A stretch of 64,000 nt of DNA from a virus. This document shows positions 46,726 to 55,707 of the stretch, in pieces (the stretch's first letter is position 1; every line of letters begins with the position of its first letter). The stretch lies in IMG/VR virus record IMGVR_UViG_3300022777_000128; one strand, given 5' to 3'. The translations under genes and the position numbers were made by a program. Under the pieces are notes generated by a model, which had not been told where the DNA came from, did no database searches, and worked only from the letters and a program-made list of their open reading frames with translations.

Positions 46726-47706
46726 ATGAAGCCTACAGCACGCCTTCAATCCCCAGCAACGTCTACCCCCAGGGGCACCTCTTCGGGGCTTGCCGCAGCG
46801 GTCGACAAGTGGATCCACTGGGACTTTACCCAGGTCGACCAGGACGCCTACAATATCATGAAGGATGCCACCATTCCGGATGGTCAGTTTTCGAGTTCGC
46901 TCCCCACCCCCGACAAAGTGACGGGCGTGGTAGCCGATGCAACCGCGGCCTACATGCGGCAGAACCAGATTAACCACACGGTCAAGAGTCGGACGCTCCA
47001 GTGGTCCGCCCTCGGCGAAACCGTAACCTTCGAGGATAAGTGGATCAAAGTTCCGCAAATGAGCCAGCAGGTCTTCGATAGGGTGCTACAAGCGGTCGAG
47101 CCGAAGGTCAAGCAGGCGATCAAGGACCAAACGGAGATCGGCACGATCCCGTCGGACCAGACAATCATCGGCCTCCAGAACCCCCTCCAGGATGTCGCCG
47201 ACTTCTTCTGGGAGTGGTGGCTTGTCGGGATCAACAAAAGCAACAGGAAGCTCCCGGCAAAGGCCGATAGCTTCGACCGCGGGATCCAACGCTACCTTAT
47301 GATTGAGGTCGACAACTGGGGCGCATCCAGTGGCGGCGGAGGGTCTAATGGCGGCTCTGGGGGGCAGGGAAGCGAATCGATGGTTCGCGTCCGCATACAG
47401 GCTGCAAGCCGCTCTGCGGTTCAAGGGCTCAAGACGCAGTTCATCCGGTCTGCCGGTGGGGACATCGTGCGCTCGGAGGGGCCTCTTACTATCATCGCCG
47501 ACGTGCCCGCGGACTCGATCCGGGACTTCAAGAGCTTTGGTGGCGTCCAGTCGATCACGCCTCTAAGCCAAGGCAACGGCGGCGGGGATGGCGACTCCAC
47601 CGGAGGCGGGCAGCAAGCCGGGATCATCCCCGGGGTCTCTAACAGTACCCTTGTAATCGGGGCCGCAAGCCTCGCGTCTATAACTATCGTTGCCGCTTCT
47701 GCCTAA
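46726..47706 (+). CDS. Cassette protein 3
   Basis: MKPTARL and IIPGVSNSTLVIGAASL..AASA. Confidence 0.8.
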   Translation: MKPTARLQSPATSTPRGTSSGLAAAVDKWIHWDFTQVDQDAYNIMKDATIPDGQFSSSLPTPDKVTGVVADATAAYMRQNQINHTVKSRTLQWSALGETVTFEDKWIKVPQMSQQVFDRVLQAVEPKVKQAIKDQTEIGTIPSDQTIIGLQNPLQDVADFFWEWWLVGINKSNRKLPAKADSFDRGIQRYLMIEVDNWGASSGGGGSNGGSGGQGSESMVRVRIQAASRSAVQGLKTQFIRSAGGDIVRSEGPLTIIADVPADSIRDFKSFGGVQSITPLSQGNGGGDGDSTGGGQQAGIIPGVSNSTLVIGAASLASITIVAASA

Positions 47707-47719
47707 GTCACCCTCCACC

Positions 47720-48313
47720 ATGAAGCCGACCCGAAAGATCAACGGCACGCAGAACTCCCCAGCCCGAACCGGCATGGGACAGTCGAACACCTCGAAGTAC
47801 CCGGTGATGGAGGTCACGCCATCCGGAGGTGGGGCAAAGCTCACTCTGGAGACCTTTGAGTTCGTCGACCCACTGTTCTCAGTGTGGAGCCCGTCAAGTG
47901 GCGGTCAACTTTCCCTCCGCGTAGACGGTGGCCCCGCCGTCGTTCTTCCTATCGAGGCGTCGTCTGGGGCGATCACTGGACCACTGGGCACCGGCATGAC
48001 CGAGGTTATCGTCACGAAGCCGGTCCCGCAGTCGATTAAGGGCGCCGTGGGGTCGAAGAACGTCGTGGCGATGCCTGGGAAGGTCGAAGGCGCCGTGCCC
48101 CCGTCGCAATTCGGGTCGAATGGAGGCGGAAACGAGTCTGGGGATAACGGTGGGAATGGGGGCGGCGGAGGTGGTAGTGGAGGTGGAGGCTTCCCCCCTG
48201 GTGGGTCCACCGGAACACAGCAGTCGCAAATTATCTCTGGGGTGCCAAACAGCGCGCTCCTCATCGCTGCTGGCACGCTGGTAACTGCAACCGTCGTTGC
48301 CGCGGCCAGCTAA
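47720..48313 (+). CDS. Cassette protein 4
   Basis: MKPTRKI..RTGMGQS and IISGVPNSALLIAAGTL..AAAS. Confidence 0.8.
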   Translation: MKPTRKINGTQNSPARTGMGQSNTSKYPVMEVTPSGGGAKLTLETFEFVDPLFSVWSPSSGGQLSLRVDGGPAVVLPIEASSGAITGPLGTGMTEVIVTKPVPQSIKGAVGSKNVVAMPGKVEGAVPPSQFGSNGGGNESGDNGGNGGGGGGSGGGGFPPGGSTGTQQSQIISGVPNSALLIAAGTLVTATVVAAAS

Positions 48314-48714
48314 GGCTTGTACCCTCCCTCACGCTCGAAGGAGAGATTGTACCGACTTCCATTTTCCTCGGTAGGACCTACCGATCCGGTCACCGAGCCG
48401 TCTTCGTTGACCTCATAGAGGAACTTGCGCGCTTGGTGAATCGTCTTCGGCGGCCCCTCCCGCCGGAGTGCTCGGTCGCGTTGCTTGCTTGAAAGCTCGC
48501 CCCACCCCTTTACCTCGCGGCTGCCAAAGTCCGGCACCTTCGAGTCGTGACGGACGATCCAGAACCGCTCCTGCTCGCCAATCCCGACGAGGTGGAGCCC
48601 CTTTCCGGGCATCCATAGATTTCGCTCGTAGGCCCGGCCAATCCAGAATGCCAGGATGGCCCCACCGGTGAACACTGCAAGGGAAAGAAGGGAGGTCTGG
48701 GAGATCAATTCCAT
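48310..48714 (-). CDS. N-terminally anchored membrane protein
   Basis: LLSLAVFTGGAILAFWIG. Confidence 0.55.
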   Translation of the reverse strand: MELISQTSLLSLAVFTGGAILAFWIGRAYERNLWMPGKGLHLVGIGEQERFWIVRHDSKVPDFGSREVKGWGELSSKQRDRALRREGPPKTIHQARKFLYEVNEDGSVTGSVGPTEENGSRYNLSFEREGGYKP

Positions 48715-48822
48715 TTCGAAACGTGCTCTTAGTAGTTGGTCCAGTGTGCCTACGGGTAATGCTCTTGCGGGTGCCCAATCCAAAAGAGCACGCAAAAAAC
48801 TCGCCAGCAGTTGACCCGGAGT

Positions 48823-49434
48823 TTACGATTCCTTCGGCTGACCGGCGCTGGGAAGGTCCTCGAAGCTGTCGAACTCGGTCGGATCAATCGCAAGCGAACG
48901 ATGGTCACTTGCAGGTTCGCCCCGAAAGGTCTCTGCATGAAGAAACCCAATCTCCGCATTCTTCGCGCACCCGAAGTCGTCGCCAGAGTCCCCGACCATA
49001 ATTGACCGGTCCCAATCTACACGCAACGAGTGGTTTTCCCAGAGTCGGCGGGACAGAACTGCCAGTCCTCCGTACCTGGGCTTGCGGTTCAGCGAGCGCG
49101 CGCTGTAGGGGCCTACGCTCCCTCCCTCCATTAGAAAACAGCCGTACCACTCATGGAACGGCCACCGCTGTCCGCGGTCCTCGCCGATCTGTCTCATCCG
49201 GTGGACCTCGCGAAGAAAGTCGTCGGGGGTTTTGTGTCCAAAGGCCACCCCACCCTGGTTTGTGAGACCGAGGATCACGTGCCCGTTGTTGCGGTGGTGC
49301 CAGAGCTTCTCGAACACGCCGGGATAGAGCCGGACGTGCTCGGGGTGGTTGATAAACTCTTTGCCTTCGGGCGCGTGGCGAATTGTCCCGTCAAAGTCTG
49401 CTACGATAGCAGGAAAGAAAAGGGAGTCATTCAT
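48823..49434 (-). CDS. HAD-IIIA phosphatase (PNK 3'-phosphatase/GmhB-like)
   Basis: DFDGT, LTNQGGV, RKP and MVGD motifs. Confidence 0.85.
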   Translation of the reverse strand: MNDSLFFPAIVADFDGTIRHAPEGKEFINHPEHVRLYPGVFEKLWHHRNNGHVILGLTNQGGVAFGHKTPDDFLREVHRMRQIGEDRGQRWPFHEWYGCFLMEGGSVGPYSARSLNRKPRYGGLAVLSRRLWENHSLRVDWDRSIMVGDSGDDFGCAKNAEIGFLHAETFRGEPASDHRSLAIDPTEFDSFEDLPSAGQPKES

Positions 49435-49930
49435 CAGTGTCTCGAAACTCGTGAGGGAAAATGTTTATGGGGCGCTGCTCCTCTCGCTCGCCGTTTTCGA
49501 TCCGCTCAAGATCGGCCTCGCGTACCTCATCGACATGCTCTCGGTCCGAGCCCATCTCCAAGAGTTTGAGGTACTCCGGGGCAAGCTCGTCGGCGAGCCC
49601 CTGTCGGATATTATCCGCGCGGCGGTCCAAGCCCTCCGCCTGTTTCCGGCGGCGCTCGGCCTTCGAATAAAGGCGCGAGGCGTATTCGATCCATGCGTGC
49701 TTTTCCGACTCGAAGAGGTAGTCAGAGGGGTCCTCCGCGGGGCCGAACGTGGTCGTGGCATTTGTGTCACGGTCCGGCTCTCCGCCGGTGAATTTGGACA
49801 CCTTCACGTTCGATCCCACCTCCACGACCATGACAGGAAAAGGCGTTCGAGTCCCCACATTCGGGGACCGGTAGTTCGACTCGTCGTCGCTGGCAATAGA
49901 CCAAAACACGTCGCCGACTTCAATATCCAT
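49427..49930 (-). CDS. Hypothetical protein
   Basis: Tiles the operon. Confidence 0.6.
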   Translation of the reverse strand: MDIEVGDVFWSIASDDESNYRSPNVGTRTPFPVMVVEVGSNVKVSKFTGGEPDRDTNATTTFGPAEDPSDYLFESEKHAWIEYASRLYSKAERRRKQAEGLDRRADNIRQGLADELAPEYLKLLEMGSDREHVDEVREADLERIENGEREEQRPINIFPHEFRDTDE

Positions 49931-49948
49931 AAGTTTGGGGTTGTGTAC

Positions 49949-50509
49949 CTATTTCATCGCGTCAATTTTGCCCCGCGGGTTCCACCGACAATTGGCCAGC
50001 ACGCGGCTCCCGTCCTCTCTGTAGTCGCACACCTGGACATAGTTGTGTGCCAGGACAATCCAGGAGTAGTGCGCCGGGGGCGGGAGCACCCGGTCGGTGC
50101 CGTTCAGGTCGTAGCCTGCGTAGCGAGACAGGATGTCTCCCGCCGTAAGCTCCCCGAAGGTCTCGACCTCGATGTCCGGATAGGCGCTTCCCACATTGAG
50201 GTCTTCGCGCCCCGGTTGGAGAATCTTCGTGTCGAGAGAGTCCGGCCCCAGCGGCGTGATCTTCGATCCGCGAAGTCCCTTTACCTCCAGGGCAAGCTCG
50301 TAGGGCTCGTGGCGGGTATTCTCTGGACCTTTCGCGAAGATGAGCACCGCGTCGAACATTCCGCCCTCCACCGTCGAACGACCGGTGGGGACAATTCGAA
50401 GCCGTAGGTTCTTCGGGCGGAGCGCGCCGCGGTATTCGTAGACGTGATCCTCGGGCTCTGTGGCGGCCATAGAGCGGCTCTGTGAGTGTAGGAGGGGAGG
50501 GAGTGTCAT
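49949..50509 (-). CDS. Hypothetical protein
   Basis: ATG 50509. Confidence 0.55.
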   Translation of the reverse strand: MTLPPLLHSQSRSMAATEPEDHVYEYRGALRPKNLRLRIVPTGRSTVEGGMFDAVLIFAKGPENTRHEPYELALEVKGLRGSKITPLGPDSLDTKILQPGREDLNVGSAYPDIEVETFGELTAGDILSRYAGYDLNGTDRVLPPPAHYSWIVLAHNYVQVCDYREDGSRVLANCRWNPRGKIDAMK

Positions 50510-50567
50510 GGGGCCTGTTTGGGGTTTCGGCGTGAGAGGGCGCGCAGGAGGCGCGTAAGCAAGGCGA

Positions 50568-51467
50568 TTAGTCTCCTCCTGGGGGTTTGGATCTGTACTC
50601 TTTATCGACATGCCCCTCGTCTTCGTCTCCGCGTTCGTGGGGCGGGCACCAGATGTTGCCGGTCGTATGCCCGAAGAGCGGGGCGTCCTCGGTGTAGTGC
50701 TTGAAGTGTCCCCGGACCTTGTGCCGGGCGCGCTCGGCTTCGGACTCGCCGGTCTCGCTCGACTCCCGGCGGATCTCTTCCTTGAGCGGCTCGATGTCGA
50801 GCACCTTGAACGTCTGCCCCGGATTCTTCCCGGACTTGATGCGCTTCTTCCGAACCGCCTCGGGCTTCTGGTCCTCCGAGATCACCACGTTCGGGCAGTG
50901 GGCAAATGCAAATCCGAGAAGCACAGGCATCGCCTGGATCACCATCGTCGTCTGGAGACGCGCCGGGTCCGGGTTCTTCGCGAACCGCTTATACCGGTCG
51001 CTATACATCGGATAGATGCGCTTCCCTTCCTCCGACACGAGGCGCCCGTCTTCATCGAGAAACAGGTACAGGATCCCGGCGTACTCCCAGGTCCTTTTTC
51101 CGAGGCTGTTGAAGATGAGCATCGAGACTGCGTGCTCGACCTCTTCGTTGCCGAGTAGGGATTCGATCTGCTTCTGGTTGAGGCGGTCAACGAGCACCTC
51201 TTTCTCCTCCTCCGCCATCGGTGCAACGTGGCACCCGACCCGCTTTACGTTGCCGGTGTCCTCGTAATACTCTACCCACGCCCGCTGCCAGGGAAGTCGC
51301 ACGCATCCGAGGTCCTCACGCAAGTTGGCAAGATCGTACCCCATCTCCGTGAGGAATTTTTGGCAGGGCGTCACGTCCACCGGAGTGATGCTTTCACGGA
51401 AACTGTCCCAGTCGCCAGTAAAGAACTCGTCGACGATCTCATCGCCGTGTTGGGTAAGCATTCGCAT
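50568..51467 (-). CDS. Paralog of 31818-32786
   Basis: Shared N- and C-terminal motifs. Confidence 0.7.
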   Translation of the reverse strand: MRMLTQHGDEIVDEFFTGDWDSFRESITPVDVTPCQKFLTEMGYDLANLREDLGCVRLPWQRAWVEYYEDTGNVKRVGCHVAPMAEEEKEVLVDRLNQKQIESLLGNEEVEHAVSMLIFNSLGKRTWEYAGILYLFLDEDGRLVSEEGKRIYPMYSDRYKRFAKNPDPARLQTTMVIQAMPVLLGFAFAHCPNVVISEDQKPEAVRKKRIKSGKNPGQTFKVLDIEPLKEEIRRESSETGESEAERARHKVRGHFKHYTEDAPLFGHTTGNIWCPPHERGDEDEGHVDKEYRSKPPGGD

Positions 51468-51478
51468 AGCAGGTGTGG

Positions 51479-51925
51479 CTATTTGGAGTCAATATGTGCC
51501 ATTTCTTGCACGCTCTTCTGGCGCTCAAAGGCCGTTCGGATGTAGGTGGCGCGGTCCGTGCCCGTGCGGCTTTCTCGCCAGTCTATTGGGGCAAAGTCAC
51601 CCGTAAAGACCGGGAGCGGGTCCGACGCACGGATCGGCCTCAAGGCAAACGTGAGGCGCGTCCACACCCATTTGTCGGGGTCGCTATCGCCCACGTCGAT
51701 CTCGTAGTAGTGGCCGGTGGCACGGTCGAGGAGTGTGGCCTTGTGCCCATCGCGGCGCACTTTCGGATGGTCGGCCACGATCCGCTCGATGCGTGATGCC
51801 AGCATCGACGGGTTCTGGGGCTCGTCTCCCTCAAGGTCCGCCGCGATCTTGCACGTCGGTAGCTCCAGTTCAAGGTGAAAGCGCTCCTCGGAGGTCTTCG
51901 ATTCGCGTTCGGGCTGGGAAAGCAT
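51479..51925 (-). CDS. Hypothetical protein
   Basis: Tiles the operon. Confidence 0.5.
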   Translation of the reverse strand: MLSQPERESKTSEERFHLELELPTCKIAADLEGDEPQNPSMLASRIERIVADHPKVRRDGHKATLLDRATGHYYEIDVGDSDPDKWVWTRLTFALRPIRASDPLPVFTGDFAPIDWRESRTGTDRATYIRTAFERQKSVQEMAHIDSK

Positions 51926-51949
51926 CGGCTCGGCGATTCAATTCAAAGG

Positions 51950-52579
51950 CTATCGGTCCATGTGCCCCTCTCGGAGCAGGTAAGAGACGGCGTGATTGAG
52001 GTCCCCCTCCCGGGACCCGACGAGCCCAAGCCGAAAGAGCGCGCCCATAATCGGCGGGTCCATGCCGGTGGCGCCGGTCTGGTGTAGCGTCTGGATGGCA
52101 TCTGCAAGCCCGGGCGTTCGGTCCAGTTCTTTCTCCAGGCGCTCCTCGAAGGACATGCGCTCGTGGAAGCCGTAGTCTATCTCTACCTCGGATCCTGCGC
52201 GGGTCCCGTCGACGGTTTCGCGGGCACCCATCTTCATGTCGTTCCCAACCTCGGCGTCGTACCCGATGTCGTCCATCCACTCCTCCGGCCACTCGATTGC
52301 AAAGTCCCGGAGCCGCCGCTTGATTGAGGAGAGCGATTCGGCGCCGGTTGCCGCATCCTCGCTGGCCGGGCCGTAGCCGCTCGCATCGAGGTTGGAGTAG
52401 AGCGTCTCCACATCTCGCCCGCCTCGCCCGTCGAGTCGGTAAATTACGAGGAAGAGTCGCCCCATCGGCGGATCCCATCCAGAGACGACCTCAACGGTTG
52501 TGCCCTCCTCCACAGGGCTCTCGTCCATTCGGGATTCGGTGTCCGGTCCGGTGTAGGTCTCAAAACGTCGCTTGCTCAT
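51950..52579 (-). CDS. Acidic hypothetical protein
   Basis: VVSGWDPPMGRLFLVI core. Confidence 0.6.
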   Translation of the reverse strand: MSKRRFETYTGPDTESRMDESPVEEGTTVEVVSGWDPPMGRLFLVIYRLDGRGGRDVETLYSNLDASGYGPASEDAATGAESLSSIKRRLRDFAIEWPEEWMDDIGYDAEVGNDMKMGARETVDGTRAGSEVEIDYGFHERMSFEERLEKELDRTPGLADAIQTLHQTGATGMDPPIMGALFRLGLVGSREGDLNHAVSYLLREGHMDR

Positions 52580-52809
52580 GACTTGCTGGGAGTGTCAGTT
52601 TGGTCGGAGTGCTCTTCGATAATGTCATTAGGGACCTCATAGTGCAAAATCATATTTCCCTTCGGATGCCAGACAGCCCAATCGTACACAAAGTAACCCT
52701 GGCAGATGAACTTGTTGTGTGCAGCATTCGAGACTGTATTGGGCTTGACCCCGAGGAGGTCTGCGACCTCGTTTCGGTCAAGCTGCGTAGTTTCTTGGCT
52801 CTGTTCCAT
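52576..52809 (-). CDS. Small HTH protein
   Basis: LDRNEVADLLGVKPNTVSNA. Confidence 0.65.
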   Translation of the reverse strand: MEQSQETTQLDRNEVADLLGVKPNTVSNAAHNKFICQGYFVYDWAVWHPKGNMILHYEVPNDIIEEHSDQTDTPSKS

Positions 52810-52834
52810 AATATCTTGAGGACTTTTCCGAGCG

Positions 52835-53050
52835 TTACGGATTGGTTATCGGCCCCTCGCCCGGGCGGCCCACGCCCGGGTCTCGTCCGCGCTCCTGGGC
52901 AAGTTGTGAGCCGGTGTTGTGGTCGTCCTTGAGCCGCTGGCCGGTCCCGGAGTGCGGGGCGCCGCAGTTCGGGCATTCGTTGACCAGCGAGTCGTAAAGC
53001 GGAAACTCTTCTCCGCAGTCGGAGCATTCGGTCGTAGGAGTGTCAGGCAT
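52835..53050 (-). CDS. Small zinc-ribbon protein
   Basis: CSDCG..CPNCG. Confidence 0.5.
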   Translation of the reverse strand: MPDTPTTECSDCGEEFPLYDSLVNECPNCGAPHSGTGQRLKDDHNTGSQLAQERGRDPGVGRPGEGPITNP

Positions 53051-53057
53051 GGGGTAG

Positions 53058-53291
53058 TCAGTTGACGTTGCGAGTAAGCTCGACTGTGCCCTCTCGGATC
53101 TCCATCACGAGCCCGTCGTCCGACTCGTAGCGCCCGCCCGAGAGACGGGCGGCAAGCAGAAAGCAGAGGTTTGCGTCCGCGCTCATTCCCTCGCGCATCG
53201 AGCCGACGCCCTCGGCCACAAGCCACTCGGCGACCGCGTGCGATTGCTCCTCGGAGAGGGTCGACTGGACGTGCTGTAGGTCACTGCTCAT
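53058..53291 (-). CDS. Hypothetical protein
   Basis: Tiles the operon. Confidence 0.5.
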   Translation of the reverse strand: MSSDLQHVQSTLSEEQSHAVAEWLVAEGVGSMREGMSADANLCFLLAARLSGGRYESDDGLVMEIREGTVELTRNVN

Positions 53292-53956
53292 CGGCTTTCG
53301 CGGGCGTTGTATTCGCTTGGTAGATACGGGTCGTATCCCTCCAGATCATAGATGAGGCGGTTCGCCCGAAGAGACTCCGGTTGGGATAGCCAGTCCGGCT
53401 TCCCCGGGACCTCTGGGATGAACATCACGCCTCGCCCCACCGGCGTAAAGGCTTTGGGCACACGACGGATCACCTCTCCATCGGAAAGCGGGCCGCCCCA
53501 AAGGTACGCCTCACGCTCTTCCTCCCGCATCTGCCGAACCTCCCGACGCGTCGCGTGGCGGGAGACAAACCCCCAGAACATCTCTCCGGCATGAACCAGA
53601 GCGGCCTCGTACAGCGTGTCCTGCATTTTCGTCACGTAGGGGACAGCCTCCAACTGCTCCGGATCGTAGATTGACACGTCGTAGCAGCGCGCAAGGTACT
53701 CCTCGTGCCAGTCCTCCCCGTAGCTCAAAAGCTCATCCTGGAGAATCGCCATCACCTCTTCGGGGGAGTTGTAATTTGGACTCACCCCCTCGGAGGTCAT
53801 GGAGTTGAGCATCATCCCCTGGATGGTCAGAGCGAGGTCGTAGATCGTAATCTCGTGGCCGGTGCTCGTCTCGTGAGTGACGTGATTCATCCCTGGATTC
53901 GGGTCCGGGCGGATCGGGGGCTCTGCCGGAATCTCGAAGCTGGGATCGTAGGTCAT
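53288..53956 (-). CDS. Hypothetical protein
   Basis: 222 aa, directly downstream of the tRNA-like gene. Confidence 0.65.
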   Translation of the reverse strand: MTYDPSFEIPAEPPIRPDPNPGMNHVTHETSTGHEITIYDLALTIQGMMLNSMTSEGVSPNYNSPEEVMAILQDELLSYGEDWHEEYLARCYDVSIYDPEQLEAVPYVTKMQDTLYEAALVHAGEMFWGFVSRHATRREVRQMREEEREAYLWGGPLSDGEVIRRVPKAFTPVGRGVMFIPEVPGKPDWLSQPESLRANRLIYDLEGYDPYLPSEYNARESR

Positions 53957-53986
53957 GGCACTTTAGCTTTGCAGGTGAAGGAATTG

Positions 53987-54127
53987 CAGCCGGGGGCGGA
54001 GTCGAACCGCCAACGCCTTGCCCGTTGCCGCCTGTTGGGGCGGGAGAAGCCCGTTGTCCCTGCGGTGTTGCGCTTTGGGGTCGGCAGGCAATACCAGTGG
54101 GCACAGTACCCGTTCTGCCACCCGGCC
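53987..54127 (-). ncRNA. tRNA-like RNA with a ~75-nt insert containing the CRISPR-like repeat core
   Basis: Acceptor stem GGCCGGG/CCCGGCT, D-stem GCAG/CTGT, T-arm GGCGG-TTCGACT-CCGCC. A GCCC/GGGC stem closes an insert holding CCGCAGGGACAACGG (54051-54065). Confidence 0.75.
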
Positions 54128-54135
54128 TACTCGCC

Positions 54136-54834
54136 TTATGAGCCGAGGTTTTCGTACTCTTCGTCGGTCATGCTGCGGCCCGCGATGGTCTTGCAGAGGT
54201 CTTTCTTTGCGCGGTCGAAGCTCTCGGAAAGGCTCTCCGGAAGCCCGTCCCCCGGCGACCACTCCCCCTTCGTTGCCCAAAGGTCTCCCATCGCAAGCAT
54301 CCACCCACCCTCCGGGCTCTCATTCTCTCGATCTATCGTCAATTGCCAACCGGCAACCCCCATCCAGACAATCTCCCCGTAGCCATGCTCGCGCCTAAGC
54401 CGAGACATTTCTGCCTCACGAATAGACACAAACGGCCCGGACTCCCGGCGCCACTCGCTCCACTGGTGCCAGTAGCCCACCGAGTCGAACCCGTAGTAGT
54501 ATCGGTCTCGCCCAAGATCGTCAGTCTTGCATTTACCGGAGCAGGTGTCCCCCTCTTCGCAGAGGCGAGCCTTCACCTCCGTCGGCGCGTAGATCGAGTA
54601 GGTCGGCGGGCTAAACGGCCCTTCCCAACCGGACTCGCGGACGACGCTAATGTCGCGGGTCGGGACGAACGCCTCGACAAACTCCGCGGGATTCCCTCGC
54701 CCAAGGGCGAGGCAGACGACCGCTTCGCACGGGTAAAGCGCGCCGTGAGCATCGATCTTCTTGTGAGAGGGCGGGACGCCCCCGGGCGGGATGGCTGCCT
54801 CGTCGAGGGCCTTGTATCGTTCGAGATCATTCAT
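54136..54834 (-). CDS. Hypothetical protein
   Basis: ATG 54834. Confidence 0.55.
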   Translation of the reverse strand: MNDLERYKALDEAAIPPGGVPPSHKKIDAHGALYPCEAVVCLALGRGNPAEFVEAFVPTRDISVVRESGWEGPFSPPTYSIYAPTEVKARLCEEGDTCSGKCKTDDLGRDRYYYGFDSVGYWHQWSEWRRESGPFVSIREAEMSRLRREHGYGEIVWMGVAGWQLTIDRENESPEGGWMLAMGDLWATKGEWSPGDGLPESLSESFDRAKKDLCKTIAGRSMTDEEYENLGS

Positions 54835-54883
54835 GGCTCTTGGAGTCAGTCGTCGGCTCAACGAAAGTTCAGTTTCGCCATAC

Positions 54884-55297
54884 CTACACGCGGCGGCCCC
54901 TCGCCATGCGGCGCTCCTGGCGTTGGATCTCGCGGGTGCGCCCCGCCTGTCGCTTCGCCTCCAAGAACTCCTCGTAGGCGTTTTGCTCTTTGTCCCCGCG
55001 GGGCGTTGGGCTTGGCACCACGCGCCGCCCACTGCACTGCGAGCAGGTCTGGTCGTAGCTCCCGGAGAAATACTGCTCCGCGAACTCCGGGTCCCTTCGA
55101 AACTTGGCCGGGTCGATGCCCTGTCGGTCGATGTTGGGGTTGACGTGCGACCCGCCCCCACGACACGTGGGACAAACCTCCCACTCGAAGGAGACCTCTC
55201 CAATCTCTCGTCCTCCGTAGCACAACATGACGGTCATAGAGTCCTCGTTTACGTTCATGTCGTCGGTCCTGTGGGGTCCGTCTCTACGGTCTGTCAT
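54884..55297 (-). CDS. CxxCxGxG zinc-finger protein
   Basis: CPTCRGGG and CSQCSGRR. Confidence 0.65.
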   Translation of the reverse strand: MTDRRDGPHRTDDMNVNEDSMTVMLCYGGREIGEVSFEWEVCPTCRGGGSHVNPNIDRQGIDPAKFRRDPEFAEQYFSGSYDQTCSQCSGRRVVPSPTPRGDKEQNAYEEFLEAKRQAGRTREIQRQERRMARGRRV

Positions 55298-55340
55298 AGC
55301 ACAATCCTACTGAGTTGAGTTGACTGTTTTAGTGCGGCCT

Positions 55341-55359
55341 GTTATATGAGCTTTAATAT
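55341..55359 (-). promoter_or_regulatory. Promoter motif ATATTAAAGCTCATATAAC
   Basis: Same ATT-N8-TATAA layout, 44 nt upstream of the start at 55297. Confidence 0.5.
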
Positions 55360-55395
55360 GAGGCTGTTCCGAGCAACAAGAAACCACCTTCCCCG

Positions 55396-55614
55396 CTATC
55401 GGGGGAGCCCGTTCCATAGGGAAATTGCCTCAATCCGCACCCGCTCATTCGATCCGGGTCCCTCGTCCTCTTGGAGGTAGGCGCGCGGCCCACGCATTCC
55501 GCACGACGGGCATAGAACGTGGAAGGCGTAGCGCATCTTGTCTCCGGCCCGAATGGCAGGGGTAATGTCCTTCTCGCATTGTGGGTTTGGGCAGTCGCGA
55601 ACTGGCAAGCTCAT
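55396..55614 (-). CDS. Lar-like zinc-finger protein
   Basis: DCPNPQC..HVLCPSCGMRGP..EAISLWN. Confidence 0.55.
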   Translation of the reverse strand: MSLPVRDCPNPQCEKDITPAIRAGDKMRYAFHVLCPSCGMRGPRAYLQEDEGPGSNERVRIEAISLWNGLPR

Positions 55615-55645
55615 AGGAAAATCCTCGGTTGGGAGTCTGGTAACG

Positions 55646-55693
55646 AAAAAGCGCCCCTCCAGTCCCGGAGAAGCCCGAGGCATGGAGGGGCGC
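55646..55693 (-). terminator. Intrinsic terminator
   Basis: GCGCCCCTCCA/TGGAGGGGCGC 11-bp stem followed by T5 on the - strand. Confidence 0.7.
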
Positions 55694-55707
55694 GTGAGAT
55701 TCAACGC

